Source: a virus (Duplodnaviria; Caudoviricetes). Taken from it: DNA of 59,708 bases. Every line of letters begins with the position of its first letter. Position 1 is the first letter of the stretch. Positions 1 through 7,620 of this stretch are shown piece after piece. The notes beneath the pieces were generated by a model. The model was not told the DNA's origin. It worked only from the letters and a program-made list of their open reading frames with translations, and searched no databases. Location of the stretch: IMG/VR virus record IMGVR_UViG_3300017589_000117, positions 1 through 59,708 of that record; one strand, given 5' to 3'. The position numbers were made by a program, and so were the translations under genes.

Positions 1-142
1 CCATCCTCACTTCATCACATTTTTTAAGTCTTTCTGAGATTAGTCTACTTATGAAGTCATCCTTGTTGACACTTGTGATCTCTGACTTTAGTTCATTAAG
101 TATGTCTAGGTCAAAAGAAAGATTATATTCTTTTAGAACCAT
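1..142 (-). CDS. hypothetical protein, truncated by window edge
   Basis: ATG at 142 overlapping the end of the 123..530 ORF; frame stays open to position 1 (MVLKEYNLSFDLDILNELK...). Confidence 0.4.
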   Translation of the reverse strand, partial: MVLKEYNLSFDLDILNELKSEITSVNKDDFISRLISERLKKCDEVRM

Positions 143-530
143 TTACTAGACCACCAAGTTTGTAGTTATTCTTATCTAATTGAGATAAGAACTTATTTAA
201 TTTTAGTCTTGCACCTGAACTCTCTGAAACAAGGAAACCAGATTTTTCAAGTGAGTCTCTCCAGTCAAGAGCTTCTACTTTGTAATATTGAAATAATGCT
301 AGAACTCTTAGTGACTCTTCAAGTTCATGCATATTTGGAACTGTTATTGTTTGTCCTTCATAGTACTTGATAAAATTTAAAAAGTTATCATGATCTAAAA
401 CATAACACAGTTCATTCAAAGTTGAATATCTTGGATTGTCGCTAGAAGCATAAAGCAACATTAATAGCATTGAGTACGTATCGTCTTTATTAATGTTTGA
501 TAATTTTCTGTTAAGATTGTCTATTCCCAT
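123..530 (-). CDS. hypothetical protein, possible Mor-like transcription factor
   Basis: FIKYYEGQTITVP resembles the Mor-family FGGxxIYIP motif; RBS AAAGG; function call weak. Confidence 0.4.
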   Translation of the reverse strand: MGIDNLNRKLSNINKDDTYSMLLMLLYASSDNPRYSTLNELCYVLDHDNFLNFIKYYEGQTITVPNMHELEESLRVLALFQYYKVEALDWRDSLEKSGFLVSESSGARLKLNKFLSQLDKNNYKLGGLVNGSKRI

Positions 531-545
531 TAGTACTTTACCTTT

Positions 546-1223
546 CTATTCTGACTCGTTCGTATTGTTACTCATTGTGTATAATTGTATTAAAGATAAG
601 CTGTTAGTAAAACTACTTACCTTTAATTCGTTTATGTGATTCTTTATAATGTCTTTACATAAAAGATATAACATCTTGGTATAAGCCACCTCACCTTCAG
701 GTAAATTATAATAGATAAAATGACCCTTAGAGAACGATAAGATTATTGACAATTTAGAATTAAGATAGACTTTAGAATTATCGCAGTATTTGGATTTTAC
801 TAACACTCTATCAACGACCTTCATTAAATTAAGTATATAATCTTTATCCTCAATACATGAGAAGTCATAATTACTATTATCATTTGAAGTTGACATACTA
901 ATTATTCCTTCTTTTAAATCATAATTACCTTCAACATCGATTATCTCTGACTTGTTAATACGGTTGTAATCTCTTATATATGAATGATAACATTTACTCA
1001 TATAACCAAGCCAGGAATGTATCTCTTTACCATTGTATATCTTCAAGTATAAATCTTGTGCCATTAAATGAGCGACCTGATCTGCAGCTTCTGTTGTTGA
1101 CATTAGATGTTTTCTTTTAATATATAGATAAGAGAGCTTGTAGATTGTTCTGTAAACTTCTGGGTCAGAAATATCTTGTTCTATTAGAACTTTTAGCTGT
1201 TTCTCTATATCTACTAATCTCAT
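546..1223 (-). CDS. putative sigma-factor-like protein (region 2-like)
   Basis: ADQVAHLMAQDLYLKIY...HSWLGYMSKCYHSYIRDYNR resembles sigma70/ECF region 2; coupled to the dUTPase gene by ATGA overlap. Confidence 0.4.
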   Translation of the reverse strand: MRLVDIEKQLKVLIEQDISDPEVYRTIYKLSYLYIKRKHLMSTTEAADQVAHLMAQDLYLKIYNGKEIHSWLGYMSKCYHSYIRDYNRINKSEIIDVEGNYDLKEGIISMSTSNDNSNYDFSCIEDKDYILNLMKVVDRVLVKSKYCDNSKVYLNSKLSIILSFSKGHFIYYNLPEGEVAYTKMLYLLCKDIIKNHINELKVSSFTNSLSLIQLYTMSNNTNESE

Positions 1224-1633
1224 GTCCCAGTACTTCCAACTCCATTGTCCGTTCTTAAATTGTCATAATGATCTACAAATTGAGCTTGTATAAATGGCAT
1301 TATAACAATTTGACAGATACGTGTTTTCTTCTCAACAAAGATATCTTCACCACTGTTAAAAGCAATAAGATGCCAACTTCCAGTGTATCCTGGATCTATT
1401 GGAGCAAGATTGAAAGAAACATTATTACCCATAACAGATGACCTTGGGAAGATATATCCAGCACATCCTTGTGGCAATTCAATACTGAAGCCTAATGTGA
1501 TAATATTCTTACCATATTTAATTATTATATCTTCTTGAGTAATTATGTCAGCACCAGCGTCAAAGTCGTGAGCATAGGATAAAAGATCAGAGCATCTTAA
1601 ATTAGGGTTATCAATGTTCACTTTCATTTTCAT
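1220..1633 (-). CDS. dut: trimeric dUTPase
   Basis: Motifs AGADI, PRSS, IDPGYTG, RICQ and RxxxGxGSTG all present. Confidence 0.95.
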   Translation of the reverse strand: MKMKVNIDNPNLRCSDLLSYAHDFDAGADIITQEDIIIKYGKNIITLGFSIELPQGCAGYIFPRSSVMGNNVSFNLAPIDPGYTGSWHLIAFNSGEDIFVEKKTRICQIVIMPFIQAQFVDHYDNLRTDNGVGSTGT

Positions 1634-1634
1634 T

Positions 1635-2819
1635 TTATTTACCTTCTTCTATAATTTCTTTTGACATTTCTAAAGCTTTTCTTACAATGACATCCATGTT
1701 GTAATACTTATAATCTCCAAGTCTTCCACCGAAAACAACTTGACCTCCATTAAAGGTTGCTTCCTCTCCTTTATATTTTAAGAAGAGTTCTTTATTTACT
1801 TTATCAGAGATTGGATAGTAAGCATTCCCAATATCTTTTAAATTATCTGAGGAGCTTTCCAAGGTTAGAACAGTAGTTCCATTGTTTACTGGGTTCTTCT
1901 TGAAATACTTATGCTCAATTGATCTTGTAATTGAGATATTACTAGATGTATAATTCATGACTGCTGTACCTTGATAGCTGTTGTAATCCATCTCTTGAGT
2001 GTTAAAGTTTAAACCTCTGAAATCCAAGACACCATGTTTGAACTTAAAGAACTCATCAATCCTGCCAGTATAGATTACTTTCTTTAATCCACCATCTCCT
2101 TTCATTGAACACTTATTATAATCAAGACCAAGATTTACTCTTATATTACCATGACATAAGATATTAGTAACAAGATCAGTATAACCATTTACAGGTATTC
2201 CTTGATACTCATCATCAAAATAATTGTTGTCATATGTAAATCTCACTGGTAATCTTGTTATAATTGAACCATCAAGCTCTGTACACTTTCTTCCCCACTG
2301 CTTCTCTGTATATCCTTTTATTAGCTTATTGTAGATAGTGGTTCCAACCAGTGAAATTGCCTTATTCTCCAAGTTATTAACAGAATGATCTATACTTGGA
2401 TCACCATTAAAGTCGTAAATCTCTTTTGAGATAATACTTTTAACTTTATCAGGATAAGGGGTATTAAATATTCTGCTGAAAGTGTTCATGTTAAAAGGTA
2501 AATTGTAGACCTCATAATTAAGACGTTGCTCATCTAAGAAAACAGCAATTGGACTATTAACATAGTTTTCAAATTCAGCGAACTTATTAAGGTAGTCCCA
2601 CTCTGTTTTACCAGAGTGGAATATGTGAGCACCAAACACATGAACATCGATGTCATTAACTTTTTCAGTATAAGCAGTCCCAGCAACATGAACTCGTCTA
2701 TCAATTACCAGACATCTTTTGCCACTCTCGGCAAGTTCTCTTGCAACAATTGCTCCATAGAGACCTGCACCAACAATTAGATAATCGTACCCATTAACTT
2801 CGTAATTTCCAAAGTCCAT
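1635..2819 (-). CDS. glf: UDP-galactopyranose mutase
   Basis: FAD-binding IVGAGLYG, GAHIFH, GYTEKQWG, RLPVRFTYDNNYF, YQGIP, TRSIEHKYF, GRLGDYKYYNMD. Confidence 0.95.
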   Translation of the reverse strand: MDFGNYEVNGYDYLIVGAGLYGAIVARELAESGKRCLVIDRRVHVAGTAYTEKVNDIDVHVFGAHIFHSGKTEWDYLNKFAEFENYVNSPIAVFLDEQRLNYEVYNLPFNMNTFSRIFNTPYPDKVKSIISKEIYDFNGDPSIDHSVNNLENKAISLVGTTIYNKLIKGYTEKQWGRKCTELDGSIITRLPVRFTYDNNYFDDEYQGIPVNGYTDLVTNILCHGNIRVNLGLDYNKCSMKGDGGLKKVIYTGRIDEFFKFKHGVLDFRGLNFNTQEMDYNSYQGTAVMNYTSSNISITRSIEHKYFKKNPVNNGTTVLTLESSSDNLKDIGNAYYPISDKVNKELFLKYKGEEATFNGGQVVFGGRLGDYKYYNMDVIVRKALEMSKEIIEEGK

Positions 2820-4270
2820 TAGACTTCCACATGAGTATAACTATTATTTCTTGCTTGATCTAATAATTTACCATCTTCCCAAATATTGAACTCGTATTGA
2901 TCTACAGATCTATATCCATTTTCTTTTTGCATTCTTCTTACTGCCTTCCATGTGATACAGCATTGTGGTAAATTTCTCTTCTCTCTGAAACTTAGCCATG
3001 GCTTTTCTCCATGTATCTCTTTCAACTTTTCTTGATGGGATCTAAATCTGTCCTGGATCTGTTCAAAGGGTTGTCCAGGTGCTCCCATTGCATCGCAACC
3101 ATATACAAGCCAAGAGAAAGTACAGACGTTAAATCCTCTATCAAGTACTCTGACAGTCATGTCAATATCATCTAGACCACAATCTTTGTTGTCATTGTAG
3201 AATAAATTATTTTCACACATTCCAGTTATATTTAAACAGAAAACTTGAGTAAGAGAACCACGACTTAGAGAATAAGATTTAACAGATTCACAGTAACCAT
3301 CCTTCCAACAGAAAGCAATTGGCATTCCACCAGAGATCATAACATTATCAGAAGCAACCGCTCTTTCCATTGCAATTTGCCACATTGCTAGAACCTTAGC
3401 AACAGGCTTGCCTTTCATTGGAGTTACATACTGAGACTTTGGATATCCGTCTGCTTTCATTCCTTCATGAGTATAAGTTAAATTGTTAACATCATCATCC
3501 ATTTGGAAAGCTAAAGGATAACCTTGTTTATATAACCACCGTTGAGACATTCTTCTTACAGCTCCAGCATTGCTTATTAACTCATCTGGGAAATCATGTA
3601 TTGTAACATACTTGTACTTCTGAGTTGCTTCAACATATTCTGCTTTCTGGCTTTCTCTTACAAAGACAATTACTGGCCAGTTTAATTCTTCATCCATCTC
3701 ATAGAATTTTAATCTCTCAAGAACTGGAAGTTCTGGACGGTTGTATCCTGGAATTGTTAGAGGAATCTTTCTATCTTTAACAATGTCATAAGCTTCTTCA
3801 AATAATTGATCAGACCACCACGTATCTTTACCAACAAGACCAACAATATGAGTGAAGTTAACATCGCTGCTTGCGAATATTTCTTCAACTCTCTTACTGA
3901 ATAAACCTCCATAGTATACAACTTTTTTGAATCCTTTTTCTACTATGTAGTTGGCGTCTTTTTCATTAAGAAACTCTAGTATGTAAAGAGTGTCAGTTTT
4001 TCTGTCGAACTTATTTCTGACTCTTGTGTTAGCTTCAGTCTTCTCAATTAGCTCTCTTAAGACATACTGAACACTATTAATATTACAGTTACTGCTTGGG
4101 CAGGTCTCATTAATTAACTTACAATTTACTTCATAGTCACAACCACAATGTAACATGGTATTGCCAGATTCAGACTTTAGCATTATGCTGTTAAAGTCAT
4201 TTAGACAGGTTGTTCTTAATCTAGCATACTCATATAATTCATTATAGATACTTACATGCACTTCGTTCAT
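2819..4270 (-). CDS. TET/JBP-associated-type (TAGT, GT-A fold) glycosyltransferase with N-terminal degenerate dCMP-deaminase-like domain
   Basis: IPGYNRP, VFVRESQ, GAVRR, FQMDDD (DxD) and DDIDMTVRVL motifs; N-terminal ~145 aa aligns by eye to ORF 5445..6029 (..GFKKVVYYG vs ..GFKHVVYGG). Confidence 0.7.
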   Translation of the reverse strand: MNEVHVSIYNELYEYARLRTTCLNDFNSIMLKSESGNTMLHCGCDYEVNCKLINETCPSSNCNINSVQYVLRELIEKTEANTRVRNKFDRKTDTLYILEFLNEKDANYIVEKGFKKVVYYGGLFSKRVEEIFASSDVNFTHIVGLVGKDTWWSDQLFEEAYDIVKDRKIPLTIPGYNRPELPVLERLKFYEMDEELNWPVIVFVRESQKAEYVEATQKYKYVTIHDFPDELISNAGAVRRMSQRWLYKQGYPLAFQMDDDVNNLTYTHEGMKADGYPKSQYVTPMKGKPVAKVLAMWQIAMERAVASDNVMISGGMPIAFCWKDGYCESVKSYSLSRGSLTQVFCLNITGMCENNLFYNDNKDCGLDDIDMTVRVLDRGFNVCTFSWLVYGCDAMGAPGQPFEQIQDRFRSHQEKLKEIHGEKPWLSFREKRNLPQCCITWKAVRRMQKENGYRSVDQYEFNIWEDGKLLDQARNNSYTHVEV

Positions 4271-4296
4271 TACAATTACACCTATTCTTTCTTTTA

Positions 4297-5379
4297 TTAT
4301 GTTGTTACTAATTGTTCAATCGTTGAAATGAAAGATAAATACTTGCCATTGATGTTCTTATCGACAAGATCATAAAATTTTGAAACTCTTGCCAGATAAT
4401 CTTGATCTGACATATTGCTAAGAATGTTTGGAAGTTTATCAAGATCGTCTTTATCCAGTACAATAGCAGACTTACCCTCTAGTAACCAGCTTGGCACAGA
4501 TTGTGAGCACAATACTGGAAGACATCCTGAGTTAAGTGCTTCTATTGTTACAAGTTCAAGTCTTCCTCTCATCTTTCTGTTCTTTGACTCTCTTTTTACG
4601 TAAACAAAGTCATAATGGAACATATGAGGTTTTAATAATGCTTCTAAATCTTCTGGCATGAATGGCTTTAAATCTGTCCAGAACTCCACATTAGTTGTAA
4701 GAACTTCTTTGAAATAAAAATAAGTCTTTCTATCCCCAGCAATAAAAGTTTCAATACCTGTACAGTGTAGGTCTTTTGAAATCTGAGCCAGTTCAAGAAC
4801 TCTCTTTCTATTAACCCATCTTGAGGTGCTTATAATACTTCTGTTGGTTGAATGTAGCTTTTCTTCAGCAAGATCTAAGATCTCTTCTTTACTCTTAATT
4901 AGACTGATGTAATTGAACTCAAAGTATTGTCCATTTCTTGGTAAGAGATATTCAAAATCAAGATGCATATCTTCTGAGTTTAACATTAGCAGACAATAAT
5001 TATCATGTTTTGTGAACTCATCGAAGTGATTGTACAGTTGTCCATCACGCTCTTCATTTATAACAATTGAGAACGGTGTTTCAAGTTCATCAAAGATATA
5101 ATCGTAAACATTGTAATCAACCATATCCTTCTTCTTGAATAAGAATCCAGGTGTTGAGAATATCAAAAAATCATAATAATTTAAAAATTCTCCAACACTT
5201 GTTGTAGCATCAGGATATTTTATTCCATCCAAGTCATGTTTTGTTTTAGGTTTTGTTGATACAATATCAACATCAAATTTTGAATATGTGTTAAGTAGTT
5301 GAGACATGTATAATGGTGCTGTAATGATACCAGCCATGTTTCTCTTGTCTGTATTAAATGTCACTATTCCAATTTTCAT
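4297..5379 (-). CDS. GT-B fold glycosyltransferase (putative DNA glycosyltransferase)
   Basis: N-terminal MKIGIV Rossmann strand; SRWVNRKR; LELVTIEALNSGCLPV (GT4-like nucleotide-sugar binding motif). Confidence 0.75.
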   Translation of the reverse strand: MKIGIVTFNTDKRNMAGIITAPLYMSQLLNTYSKFDVDIVSTKPKTKHDLDGIKYPDATTSVGEFLNYYDFLIFSTPGFLFKKKDMVDYNVYDYIFDELETPFSIVINEERDGQLYNHFDEFTKHDNYCLLMLNSEDMHLDFEYLLPRNGQYFEFNYISLIKSKEEILDLAEEKLHSTNRSIISTSRWVNRKRVLELAQISKDLHCTGIETFIAGDRKTYFYFKEVLTTNVEFWTDLKPFMPEDLEALLKPHMFHYDFVYVKRESKNRKMRGRLELVTIEALNSGCLPVLCSQSVPSWLLEGKSAIVLDKDDLDKLPNILSNMSDQDYLARVSKFYDLVDKNINGKYLSFISTIEQLVTT

Positions 5380-5397
5380 CCATTACTCCTTTAAATT

Positions 5398-5424
5398 TAG
5401 AGACAACTTTTACAGCTGTCTCTA
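5398..5424 (-). other. intergenic hairpin (terminator or processing/stability element)
   Basis: TAGAGACAGCT/AGTTGTCTCTA stem on the minus strand; weak U tail. Confidence 0.4.
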
Positions 5425-5444
5425 TTTACTAGACTTATCTTTTA

Positions 5445-6029
5445 TTACTTGTGACTGCAGTTTGCATCTTCAATAATCAGGTTATGTTCTTCAGTGGTCA
5501 TTGTGTGCAGCTCATGATCAACTTCTGGATACCAGATGATGTCCATATTATTATCAGATATAACTTTTTTCACATCATCTGAGATTTCTTGTCTCCCACC
5601 GTACACAACATGTTTGAATCCTGCTTCTGCTAAATGAGTAATACAATCAATACATGGATATCTTGTAACATACATTATACCAATTGATGTATCAACAGGC
5701 TTTCCTTTATACGATGTATCTTTCAACATGTTCACCATCTTAACTTCACAGTGGACACTGGCACAGAATGGTCTTGTCTCTTCACAGCTCTCGTAGATAC
5801 CTGTTACTTCTTGTTTATGACACTTGCCATCTTTTACACAATTTATGTTTTGACCATGACCACCACCACTGTTGGATGTTAGATATCTGGTCTGATCTGG
5901 AAGTTCATACAAACCACCAACCTGAACTTTTCTGCAGATGCTAAATTTCTTACTGAAATTATATGCTTCTTCTAGACACTCTTTATTGTATATGTCGTTC
6001 AAACATTTTTCTAATGAACTGTTACTCAT
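5445..6029 (-). CDS. dCMP deaminase
   Basis: SICRKVQVG, HCE (HxE) and YPCIDC (PCxxC) zinc motifs. Confidence 0.9.
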   Translation of the reverse strand: MSNSSLEKCLNDIYNKECLEEAYNFSKKFSICRKVQVGGLYELPDQTRYLTSNSGGGHGQNINCVKDGKCHKQEVTGIYESCEETRPFCASVHCEVKMVNMLKDTSYKGKPVDTSIGIMYVTRYPCIDCITHLAEAGFKHVVYGGRQEISDDVKKVISDNNMDIIWYPEVDHELHTMTTEEHNLIIEDANCSHK

Positions 6030-6055
6030 ATTTATATTACCTCTTCCCTTTTAAG

Positions 6056-6907
6056 TTAGATTAAAGAATTTGTCAACAGTTTTAATGCAGGATCATTTAC
6101 TTTATCAAATTGCTTGTCAGCACAATATTGGATATCTGCAAGGAAGCTTTCAGACATTCTTTCTTTTGGGTCAATCTCGAATACATTTGGGTTTTCAAGA
6201 TAAGTACCTGAAGAATCTTTGAAATCTGGCTCATACAGGTGTAAACTACCAACCATATGTTTGTACCATCCAATTTCAACTCCAAGTGTTTTTGCCAGTT
6301 CTAACTGGAACATTGTGAAGTTAAACAGATCATAAACAAAGCCTTTCCAGATGTCATTACTTCTCATGTAAACAATCATGTTAAGTTTTCCATCTCTTAG
6401 GATGAACTGCAGCGAACTTGTACATGGAACATCTTTTGTACCTTTATTAGCATTGATTGGAATTTGGATAACTCCTTGACGAGTGTCAGGATCTCTTTTC
6501 ATATCTGCAACGAGCTTGTCCCATTCTCCATTAAAAAGATGATAGCCATAACCACTGTTAACAGTTCCATCTGGATTAGCAATATGATCCCAGAAGTTGC
6601 TGTAGACAGCGATGTCTTCTAGCTTATTGGAAGCACTCTTATACCACAGGTATTCTCCACATAAGTATCTTGCTGACATTTTTCGTATATCCGAATACAC
6701 GATGTTGTCTGCAGGATTTAAGATGGTAATTGCAGCACCAAGCACTTCTTTGACTTTCATTCCTCTTGGGGCAGACTCCTTACCATAAACGGACAACCCA
6801 GCGTAAATACCCTCAAATGCATCATTAACATTGTAGTATGTAGCAGTATCAAAGTTCTCTTTTGCACCTCTGTATAAATCACCGTAACTTCTTTCTACAC
6901 TTAACAT
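6056..6907 (-). CDS. thymidylate-synthase-family enzyme, dCMP hydroxymethylase-like
   Basis: Catalytic DVPC, RSNDIWKGFVYD (Asp at the position of E. coli TS Asn177 / T4 gp42 Asp179), GSLHLY. Confidence 0.85.
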   Translation of the reverse strand: MLSVERSYGDLYRGAKENFDTATYYNVNDAFEGIYAGLSVYGKESAPRGMKVKEVLGAAITILNPADNIVYSDIRKMSARYLCGEYLWYKSASNKLEDIAVYSNFWDHIANPDGTVNSGYGYHLFNGEWDKLVADMKRDPDTRQGVIQIPINANKGTKDVPCTSSLQFILRDGKLNMIVYMRSNDIWKGFVYDLFNFTMFQLELAKTLGVEIGWYKHMVGSLHLYEPDFKDSSGTYLENPNVFEIDPKERMSESFLADIQYCADKQFDKVNDPALKLLTNSLI

Positions 6908-6950
6908 TTTTCTCCTCCATATAATTTGAATTTTTGAACAATTTAATTAG

Positions 6951-7040
6951 CGAACCCAGTCGGATTTTTACCGACACCTGAAGCGTCATTTCGGATAATC
7001 CCTAATCGGCTTTCCATGCTACTGATTACATCATGGGTTC
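6951..7040 (-). ncRNA. tRNA-like element A with expanded anticodon arm
   Basis: Perfect 7-bp acceptor GAACCCA/TGGGTTC, D stem ATGT/GCAT, T stem GTCGG/CCGAC with loop TAAAAAT; ~24-nt anticodon loop; no encoded CCA. Confidence 0.6.
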
Positions 7041-7048
7041 ATGTTAAT

Positions 7049-7124
7049 TGGAGCAAGACAAAGGATTTGAACCTTCTGTCTCCAAGAAGTATACTTGGTG
7101 TTCTGACCATTGAACTATTCTTGC
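7049..7124 (-). tRNA. tRNA-like element B (76 nt, nominal anticodon TAC, non-canonical loop)
   Basis: Full cloverleaf: GCAAGA/TCTTGC, D arm GTTC-AATGGTCA-GAAC, CCAAG-TATACTT-CTTGG, GAAGG-TTCAAAT-CCTTT, encoded CCA; lacks U33 and purine 37. Confidence 0.75.
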
Positions 7125-7131
7125 TTAGACA

Positions 7132-7228
7132 ATCCCCCAGAGTATCCACAATATTTTAACTGGTAAAACTTGGACTGATCAATTTCCACTAATACCAATT
7201 TCAATCGTGACGTCCTTTACTGGGGGAT
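7132..7228 (-). ncRNA. structured RNA element C (non-tRNA)
   Basis: 9-bp closing stem ATCCCCCAG/CTGGGGGAT and internal GGAC/GTCC; lies inside the RNA array. Confidence 0.45.
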
Positions 7229-7233
7229 CTCTT

Positions 7234-7304
7234 CGGGGTTTGTGGGAATCGAACCCACGCTATCTCCACTATCGCAGACAGTTCTACCATTAAACTAGCA
7301 TCCC
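7234..7304 (-). tRNA. pseudo-tRNA element D
   Basis: Canonical D arm TAGTTTAATGGTAGAAC and T arm GTGGG-TTCGATT-CCCAC; mismatched acceptor stem; ~10-nt anticodon loop. Confidence 0.65.
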
Positions 7305-7309
7305 ATAAG

Positions 7310-7379
7310 AGATGGGGAAGGATTTTCACCTACAACTCCCTCTTGCACATTAGAGAGGTTTTAATTAAACTACCCATCA
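7310..7379 (-). tRNA. pseudo-tRNA element E
   Basis: GATGGG/CCCATC acceptor, short D arm GTTT-AATTA-AAAC, TCTCT/AGAGG stem with 8-nt loop AATGTGCA, T arm with TGAAAAT loop. Confidence 0.6.
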
Positions 7380-7390
7380 AAATTTAAATA

Positions 7391-7495
7391 AATATCCTTC
7401 TAACAGCAGTTCGTTATGCTACCATATAATTTTATGGGAACCAGGATTCCAACATTGCATAAATCTGGTATATCCTGATTCGTTAGAAGGGTATT
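7391..7495 (-). ncRNA. four-way-junction structured RNA element F
   Basis: P1 CCTTCTAAC/GTTAGAAGG, P2 GAATCAGGAT/ATCCTGGTTC, P3 CCATA/TATGG and P4 AGCA/TGCT abut with almost no linker. Confidence 0.55.
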
Positions 7496-7504
7496 TTAAT
7501 ATGT

Positions 7505-7530
7505 AAGGTTTTAAAGTCTTTTCCTTGACT
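7505..7530 (-). ncRNA. compact H-type pseudoknot candidate
   Basis: AGTC-AAGG-AAAA-GACT-TTAAAA-CCTT: S1 AGTC/GACT, S2 AAGG/CCTT, A-rich loop 3. Confidence 0.4.
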
Positions 7531-7542
7531 AACTTAAATTAT

Positions 7543-7616
7543 TGGGACAGGGGTCAGGGATTTGAACCCCAATACCACCACGAGAGGAGGTGTTTTGCAT
7601 TAAACTAACCCACTGT
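7543..7616 (-). tRNA. pseudo-tRNA element G with encoded CCA
   Basis: Extended acceptor ACAG(T)GGGT/ACCCCTGT, D arm GTTT-AATGCA-AAAC, 6-nt anticodon loop TCTCGT, T loop TTCAAAT, 3' CCA. Confidence 0.65.
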
Positions 7617-7620
7617 ATAC

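Noticed and set aside
6056-6907. Annotation as ordinary thyA
   Set aside because: Asp rather than Asn at the base-specificity position points to a dCMP substrate
7132-7530. Theta/HDV-like ribozymes 3' of the tRNA-like elements
   Set aside because: Could not find the nested P1/P2/P3/P1.1 topology or the conserved L3 and J4/2 residues by eye
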